In this document: positions 57,545-62,662 of the stretch, piece by piece
Position numbering within the stretch: position 1 is the first letter of the stretch
Layout: each line of letters starts with the position of its first letter
Origin: Burkholderiaceae bacterium
GTDB lineage: Bacteria; Pseudomonadota; Gammaproteobacteria; Burkholderiales; Burkholderiaceae_B
Assembly: GCA_044376975.1 (NCBI GenBank)
Contig: JBILJY010000001.1
Location: forward strand, 1 to 62,662
Direction of reading: 5' to 3'
DNA: 62,662 bases
The notes under the pieces: model-generated
What the model was told of the DNA's origin: nothing
Databases searched by the model: none
The model's input: only the letters and a program-made list of their open reading frames with translations
Position numbers and translations under genes: made by a program

Positions 57545-58525
57545 TTAATCCGGCTTAATCCCGTTTTCCTTGATCACCTTCGCCCAGCGATTCATCTCAG
57601 CAACCGTCCATTTCTGAAGTTCCTGCGGGCTGCTCAGTTTGAGGTCGATACCCAAGGTCCCGGTCAACTGCTTGTTCACAGCAGGGTCTCTGGCAATTTT
57701 CGCCATTTCCGCATTGAGCTTGTCAATGATTGGTTGAGGCGTGCCTGCAGGTGCAAAAACTGCCCACCAAGCTACAGCGGAGAAGCCAGGAAAGCCTTGC
57801 TCTGCCATTGTGGGCACATCAGGCATCGAAGTCGAACGCGTCTCACCGGTTACGGCAAGCGCGCGCATCTTTCCGCCTTTGATGTGATTGGCAAGCACAG
57901 CGACCGAGCCGATACCCGACTCAACTTGGCCACCCAAAATATCAGCAGACATCGGACCACCCCCTTTGTAAGGGATGTGAATTACTTTGAAGTTACCCGC
58001 CTTTTGAACCAACGTCATGGTGAGGTGACCCAAACTACCGCTACCGACGGACCCATAACTTAAGGAGTCCGGCTTGGCTTTCGCAGCAGCGACAAACTCA
58101 CTGAAGTTTTTGTAGGGTTTGTTTGCCGCCGTTCCTAACGCCATTGGCGCTGTGCCCACCAACATGACCGGCGACAAGTCCTTCAATGTGTCAAACGTCA
58201 TCTTAGGCAGCAGTGAGGGATTCACTGCATGGGTGTCAAACACAAACACAAAGGTATAGCCGTCAGGCGCCGCCTTGGCGACATAGCCCGTTCCGATAGA
58301 GCCTGACGCACCTGTACGATTTTCAACAATGAACTGCTGACCGAGCGCATCCGACAATTTGGCTGCAAATAACCTCGCCAAAGGATCCACGGAACCACCG
58401 GGTGGGAAGGGTGACACGAAAGTGACAGGCTTGGTGGGCCATTGCTGCGCCAACGTGATGCCCGGCGCTGCGACGCACAATAAAGCAAGGGCCAAAGCCA
58501 CCTGCTTGAAGTGTTTCTGAATCAT
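57545..58525 (-). CDS. Bug/TctC binding protein
   Basis: WPTKPV..VSPFPPGG..D, ENRTGA.G, PDGYT, HIPYKG; GGAGG RBS. Confidence 0.92.
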   Translation of the reverse strand: MIQKHFKQVALALALLCVAAPGITLAQQWPTKPVTFVSPFPPGGSVDPLARLFAAKLSDALGQQFIVENRTGASGSIGTGYVAKAAPDGYTFVFVFDTHAVNPSLLPKMTFDTLKDLSPVMLVGTAPMALGTAANKPYKNFSEFVAAAKAKPDSLSYGSVGSGSLGHLTMTLVQKAGNFKVIHIPYKGGGPMSADILGGQVESGIGSVAVLANHIKGGKMRALAVTGETRSTSMPDVPTMAEQGFPGFSAVAWWAVFAPAGTPQPIIDKLNAEMAKIARDPAVNKQLTGTLGIDLKLSSPQELQKWTVAEMNRWAKVIKENGIKPD

Positions 58526-58625
58526 ATTCAAACCTCCACGATGTATCTGAGTGCTTAAGCACAATAGAGTGGTAAGTTTATACCCAGATAAGTAAAACTC
58601 AGAAATATTTCCTTAGGAGATAACC

Positions 58626-59900
58626 ATGAAATTCGACAAGACAGCCCTTTTTAGTGCGCTTACCCTCTGCGCGAGCGTGGTCTGCGCGCAACCAGCGCCG
58701 ACGCCATTGCCTCTGGCTGCACCTGAGTCTCAAGGTTTCTCTGCAGAGGGCGTTAAACGTATTCACGCTTTTTTTGCCGAAGAGGTTGCCAATAACCGTA
58801 TGCCTGGAGCGGTTTTAGCGGTGACCAAAAATGGCAAATTGGTTATTTACGAAGCCTACGGCTATCGCAACAAGGCCACGAATACACCAATGACAACCGA
58901 CACCATCTTCCAATTGGCATCGATGACCAAGGTGATGACTGCCGTCAGTGCGATGACGTTTTACGAAGAAGGCAAACTGCCCTTGACAATGCCCATTTCA
59001 AATTGGTTTCCTCAATTCAAGGAACAAAAACTAGGAAAGCTCGGTGCCGACGGAACATTTTCAACGATGGCAAATAAGACGCCCATCAGCGTCCAAGATT
59101 TAATGCGTCACACAAGTGGACTGACTTACGGTGGACGAGGTGCAACCCCGATACATAAAGAATATCCGGCCGGCTCTGTCGTTTCTGCCGTGCAATACGA
59201 TGGCAAAGCCTTGCTCGATAAGCTCGCCGCCGCTCCACTCCTGTATGAGCCTGGCACAACTTGGGACTACGGTTTTGGGCTTGACGTGCTTGGACTGCTC
59301 CAAGAAAAAATGGCTAACAAGCGCCTGGAAGAAATCATGCGTGAGCGTATCTGGAGCAAAGTGGGCATGAAGGACACGGGCTTTTCGATGTCAGCTAAAG
59401 ACGCGTCACGCTTTGCCCACCCCCTTGCAGTCGACCCGTTAACCAACAAACCACAATCCATACAATTACTGACGACCCCCATCAAGTACGACTGCGGTGG
59501 TGGTTGCGCGTACGGCACTGCCGGGGACTACATTCGTTTCGGTCAGATGCTGCTTAACGGTGGTTCGATTGATGGCAAGCGTGTGCTGGGTCCGCAAACT
59601 GTCGCACTGATGACCGCTGATCACCTCGGCACTCAAATCAAGAATCGCGTAGCCGTCACCGAGGCGTCCCGCGCAGAATACGGTTTTGGCTTGAGTGTCG
59701 CTGTCCGTAAGTACCGCGGCGTTTCCGCCATCAATGGAAACGTCGGCGATTACACCTGGAACGGTGCCTATGGCACGATGTATTTCGCAGATCCAAAAGA
59801 AAATATGGTTGTTGTCATGATGGCGGCCACTCCTGGGGATTTGCGTAAGCAGTACCGCGAACGCGTCAACGCCTTGATTTACGCCGCGTTGGAAAAATAG
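58626..59900 (+). CDS. Exported serine hydrolase (beta-lactamase/esterase family)
   Basis: Signal peptide, ASMTK (SxxK), L.RHTSG, PG..W.Y, W.G.YGT. Confidence 0.88.
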   Translation: MKFDKTALFSALTLCASVVCAQPAPTPLPLAAPESQGFSAEGVKRIHAFFAEEVANNRMPGAVLAVTKNGKLVIYEAYGYRNKATNTPMTTDTIFQLASMTKVMTAVSAMTFYEEGKLPLTMPISNWFPQFKEQKLGKLGADGTFSTMANKTPISVQDLMRHTSGLTYGGRGATPIHKEYPAGSVVSAVQYDGKALLDKLAAAPLLYEPGTTWDYGFGLDVLGLLQEKMANKRLEEIMRERIWSKVGMKDTGFSMSAKDASRFAHPLAVDPLTNKPQSIQLLTTPIKYDCGGGCAYGTAGDYIRFGQMLLNGGSIDGKRVLGPQTVALMTADHLGTQIKNRVAVTEASRAEYGFGLSVAVRKYRGVSAINGNVGDYTWNGAYGTMYFADPKENMVVVMMAATPGDLRKQYRERVNALIYAALEK

Positions 59901-59999
59901 TACATAAAAACAATTACTTAAGACAAAGTCGGTCGATATGCAATAAACTGTGCAATTATTTTTTTTCACATTTATCGCTGTCGTACCGACATCTATCCC

Positions 60000-61133
60000 A
60001 TGCACACAACAACAATTCGATTCGCTGGCCTTTCTAAATTTGTCTGCGCAGCTGCATTGATAACAAGTTTTCAGGTTAGCGGCCAAACGCAAAGCACTGC
60101 AACGACACCGGCAACCAGCGGTCTCTTGACAGCCGCACAATACGACGATGTCGCGACGCTGCTCATCGGAAAAACACCAGCAAGTGGCTTGCCCGCCTCT
60201 GTTAGCCAAAGCCAAAAATGGGCCACGTACACGCAGACCGTTGAAACGAACTGGGCGGAGTACACAGAAAAAATTGGCACCCCGATGGTGGAGTGGGCAA
60301 AAACCGAAGTTCCCGCGGTGAGTGAAACCGTGTTCTACCCTTTTTCGGGGCCGGACTTCACGACAGCCTACCGCATCTACCCGAATGCAAAGCGATACAT
60401 CATGATCGCCATGCAAAATGCAGAAAGACCGCTCAACCTCGGCTCGACCAATACGCAATTGACGGATCAAGCGCTGGATATTCTTATTTCGGCGTGGCAA
60501 CTTTATGGAACCCACGGCTTCTTCGTTACCGAGTATCTTGAGCGGTACTACTATGCAACCCAAGGACGCGTAGGCTCTAGTACATTCATTACAATTTTCA
60601 TGAAGTTGCAAGGGTTTGAACTTGATCGGATCGTTCCTATCAAGGTGAACTCAGAAGGCGATGTCGAGGAGATTCCCGCTGAAACACGGAATTGGCCCTC
60701 TGTTCGAATTTACGCAACAAAAGCGGGCAAGCCCATCGTGGTGGACTACCTGAAGATGGATTTATCCAACCCTGGGTTGCAAGCCTCGCCAGAGAATTTG
60801 AAGTTCGTTCAATTAGCGTCTGCGAATCCCACGCTATTTAAAGCGGCCTCACACCTTCCGCAAAATGCGAATTTCAATATGATTGCCAGAGAAATTTTGA
60901 CGAAGGCACCGCTCGTCGTACAGGATGAAACCGCCCTGAACTACTCGGCGCTGATTAAGTCATTTGATGTAGCGCTGTACGGTAAGTTTGTGATTGCCCA
61001 CCACGCCTTCCAAAGCTACCACACAGATTTAGCGCTTGCGTTTACTCAACGGTCTGACATCAAACCACTGAACTACCGCTTTGGCTATTACAAAGATGGA
61101 AACTACGTGGTGCTGATCGCGCGTCGTAAGTAA
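60000..61133 (+). CDS. Exported hypothetical protein (YPFSGPD motif)
   Basis: 377-aa ORF with signal-like N-terminus; YPFSGPDF, DLSN, KAASHL, VQDET, FGY motifs. Confidence 0.75.
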   Translation: MHTTTIRFAGLSKFVCAAALITSFQVSGQTQSTATTPATSGLLTAAQYDDVATLLIGKTPASGLPASVSQSQKWATYTQTVETNWAEYTEKIGTPMVEWAKTEVPAVSETVFYPFSGPDFTTAYRIYPNAKRYIMIAMQNAERPLNLGSTNTQLTDQALDILISAWQLYGTHGFFVTEYLERYYYATQGRVGSSTFITIFMKLQGFELDRIVPIKVNSEGDVEEIPAETRNWPSVRIYATKAGKPIVVDYLKMDLSNPGLQASPENLKFVQLASANPTLFKAASHLPQNANFNMIAREILTKAPLVVQDETALNYSALIKSFDVALYGKFVIAHHAFQSYHTDLALAFTQRSDIKPLNYRFGYYKDGNYVVLIARRK

Positions 61134-61189
61134 CAAAAAAAATGATGGCTGGCTTGGGGGTGAGGTTAGGCTCACTCGACTAAAAAAAG

Positions 61190-61936
61190 TTACCTAGCCG
61201 GTTCATCCAAAAAACCGCCCGAGCGCAAGGTAACAACTAGCGTATCTCGCCATCCCCAATCCCCTTGCGGCTGAATGGGGGTGGTTTCATGAATGACTCG
61301 GGCGTCATCTAGCAACAGCAAAGACCAAGGCTCGCTCAAGGTAAACCGTTGTCCTACTGGGCTGCTCACATCAAAAACTCTTGTCTCACCGCCCTTGATA
61401 TCGTGGCGACCAATCAAGAATACTGCCACCAAGTCGACACCATCACGGTGCGCGCCCTCTGGGGTGGGCCGACCAATGCCATCGGTCGTATCGATGCGAA
61501 ACGGATGGGCTTCGACATACCACTTCTGCTCACCTCGCAAACCCGAGGCGACTCGCCCTAAAAAGGAGAGCAAGTGTGACCAGGCCATCGTCTGAGTCAT
61601 GGCTACCTCGAGCGGCTCAAACCATCGAAGCATCCCACCATGAAGCGCATTGTAAGAAAGCGGCTGCCAATGCGCACGGTTCGCGTGCTGTGTAACATTG
61701 TCACCGAGCACTATAAAGCTGCCATGGCGACGACGACGGTATCGACCGCCATCTTTCAAATACTGATCGGGAGGTAGATCGTTCCAGAAGCTGTTCAGGC
61801 GTTCTAACGCAGAGAGCTCCACGCCACACAAGCCGCTCACGGCGCGAGGGTCAAGAACAGCAAAGCCCTGCTCTTTTAACTTGAGGTGCAAGTCGGCGGC
61901 TGCTGTCAGTGGTGGTGCGAGCTGCGATGAAGTCAT
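61190..61936 (-). CDS. 2OG-Fe(II) dioxygenase family (Oxy_2-like)
   Basis: D.YL.DGG.YR.RR, YN..HGG..R.F, PEG.HRDG, H.TT, RD.LV. Confidence 0.85.
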   Translation of the reverse strand: MTSSQLAPPLTAAADLHLKLKEQGFAVLDPRAVSGLCGVELSALERLNSFWNDLPPDQYLKDGGRYRRRRHGSFIVLGDNVTQHANRAHWQPLSYNALHGGMLRWFEPLEVAMTQTMAWSHLLSFLGRVASGLRGEQKWYVEAHPFRIDTTDGIGRPTPEGAHRDGVDLVAVFLIGRHDIKGGETRVFDVSSPVGQRFTLSEPWSLLLLDDARVIHETTPIQPQGDWGWRDTLVVTLRSGGFLDEPAR

Positions 61937-62205
61937 CTGTTTCCTAAACGTGCGGCGTGCCGGTATTCGTGCACCATCGACGCCGGCTTCAGGGCGATGT
62001 GTTTGGTGTGTCGACCCGAGACACGTTCACGCCAAAGTCGAAAAGACGAGCGCTTAAGCTCGCGACGCATCAACTTTATCACCTCGGCCTCATTTAGGCC
62101 GAACTGGGTCGCAATCGCCTCAAAAGGCGTGCGATCTTCCCACGCCATCTCGATAACTCTGGAAATGTGGCTCGATGTATTCAAAATGTGGGGCTTCTCG
62201 CTCAA
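61933..62205 (-). CDS. TIGR03643/DUF2805 family protein
   Basis: RVIEMAWEDRTPFEAI..QFGL.E..VI.LMR..LK.SSF.LWR.RV.GR; TTG start at 62205 with GAGG RBS (the track's longer N-terminus is likely spurious). Confidence 0.82.
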   Translation of the reverse strand: MSEKPHILNTSSHISRVIEMAWEDRTPFEAIATQFGLNEAEVIKLMRRELKRSSFRLWRERVSGRHTKHIALKPASMVHEYRHAARLGNR

Positions 62206-62611
62206 TTCGTACCTCGCTTTGCCATTCAGGTATTTTCTCGGCCAACAAGTCGGCAAAGCGTTGTGATTTAAAGAATACGATACGCTCGTGCTCGTATTGC
62301 TGCTCGAGCCAACCTGTAAAATCCTCTCTTGAGCCACTATGCCGAAGCGGCGCGGGAGCGACATAGAACACAGACACGACATCCCAGACCGAGAGCCGTG
62401 CAGGGGCACCAGCGAAAGAGTGACCACCCAGCGGTCCGCGGCGAGAAGCGACTAGACCATGCGTACGAAGCACTTTGAGTAAATTCTCGACGTAGGAAAC
62501 CGACAAGCTGAGCCGCCTCGCAAGCTCCTGCGTCGTTAAGGTCGAGGCTTTTGGTAGCTTAGCCAAAGAAACAACCAAATTTAATGCGTGTTTTGCTTCG
62601 TTTGCGCTCAT
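62120..62611 (-). CDS. Rrf2 family transcriptional regulator (Cys-free)
   Basis: ELA..L.LS.SY.E.LL..L...GLV.S.RG..GG wHTH; no cysteines. Confidence 0.78.
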   Translation of the reverse strand: MSANEAKHALNLVVSLAKLPKASTLTTQELARRLSLSVSYVENLLKVLRTHGLVASRRGPLGGHSFAGAPARLSVWDVVSVFYVAPAPLRHSGSREDFTGWLEQQYEHERIVFFKSQRFADLLAEKIPEWQSEVRIEREAPHFEYIEPHFQSYRDGVGRSHAF

Positions 62612-62662
62612 GGCATCACTCTTTTTGAGTAGGATAAAACAGTTATGAGACTGAATTATCTA

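Noticed and set aside
58626-59900. AmpC beta-lactamase
   Set aside because: No recognisable YxN or KTG motif; resembles family VIII esterase-type serine hydrolases.
59466-60611. 381-aa minus-strand ORF
   Set aside because: Antisense to two better-supported plus-strand genes; composition and lack of motifs suggest a shadow ORF.
61134-61189. Terminator between the convergent hypothetical and 2OG genes
   Set aside because: Only a weak 7-bp stem with no adjacent U-tract on the proper strand.
16615-62427. Extended N-termini in the ORF track (e.g. 16615, 20863, 29608, 32298, 42397, 52733, 53763, 54937, 62427)
   Set aside because: They overlap upstream genes or promoters; downstream starts with an RBS or stop-start coupling were used instead.
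1-62662. CRISPR arrays, tRNA/rRNA, transposases, integrases, phage or defence genes
   Set aside because: No repeat-spacer periodicity or recognisable motifs seen by eye; intergenic gaps are under about 230 bp. tRNAscan and Infernal were not run.

Overview
Gene-dense window of about 55 CDS. By eye I found no RNA genes, CRISPR arrays or mobile elements. Gene content (Bug/TTT and TRAP binding proteins, phoU-phoB-phoR, FCSD) suggests a compact Betaproteobacterium of the Burkholderiales; this is inference. Blocks: (1) 1-4.2 kb, MFS, panE, LysE exporter, PCu(A)C, TonB. (2) 4.2-12 kb, sulfide/sulfane-sulfur oxidation cluster (PDO, BigR-like ArsR, three YeeE/YedE, SulP, FccAB) with no SQR. (3) 12-25.5 kb, DUF294/exonuclease pair, two TRAP systems, and a QOR-Bug-AstE operon. 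(4) 25.8-37.2 kb, an uncharacterised amide-catabolic operon (ABC transporter, two amidohydrolases, COG0523 metallochaperone, nearby carbamoylase) divergent from a solitary cbiM. (5) 37.2-57.5 kb, a 20-kb phosphate-starvation island with eight PHO-box-like sites: phoX-phoU-phoB-phoR, lipid remodelling genes (olsB, plcP, GT4, GT28), and a phosphonate operon lacking phnW and phnY. (6) 57.5-62.6 kb, Bug, serine hydrolase, exported hypothetical protein, and Rrf2-TIGR03643-2OG oxygenase. The best candidate for an undescribed system lies inside the Pho island: psd-lplT, a membrane-anchored class-III aminotransferase and an Mpo1-like protein, possibly a new P-free lipid pathway. All family calls come from motif recognition; no database searches were run.
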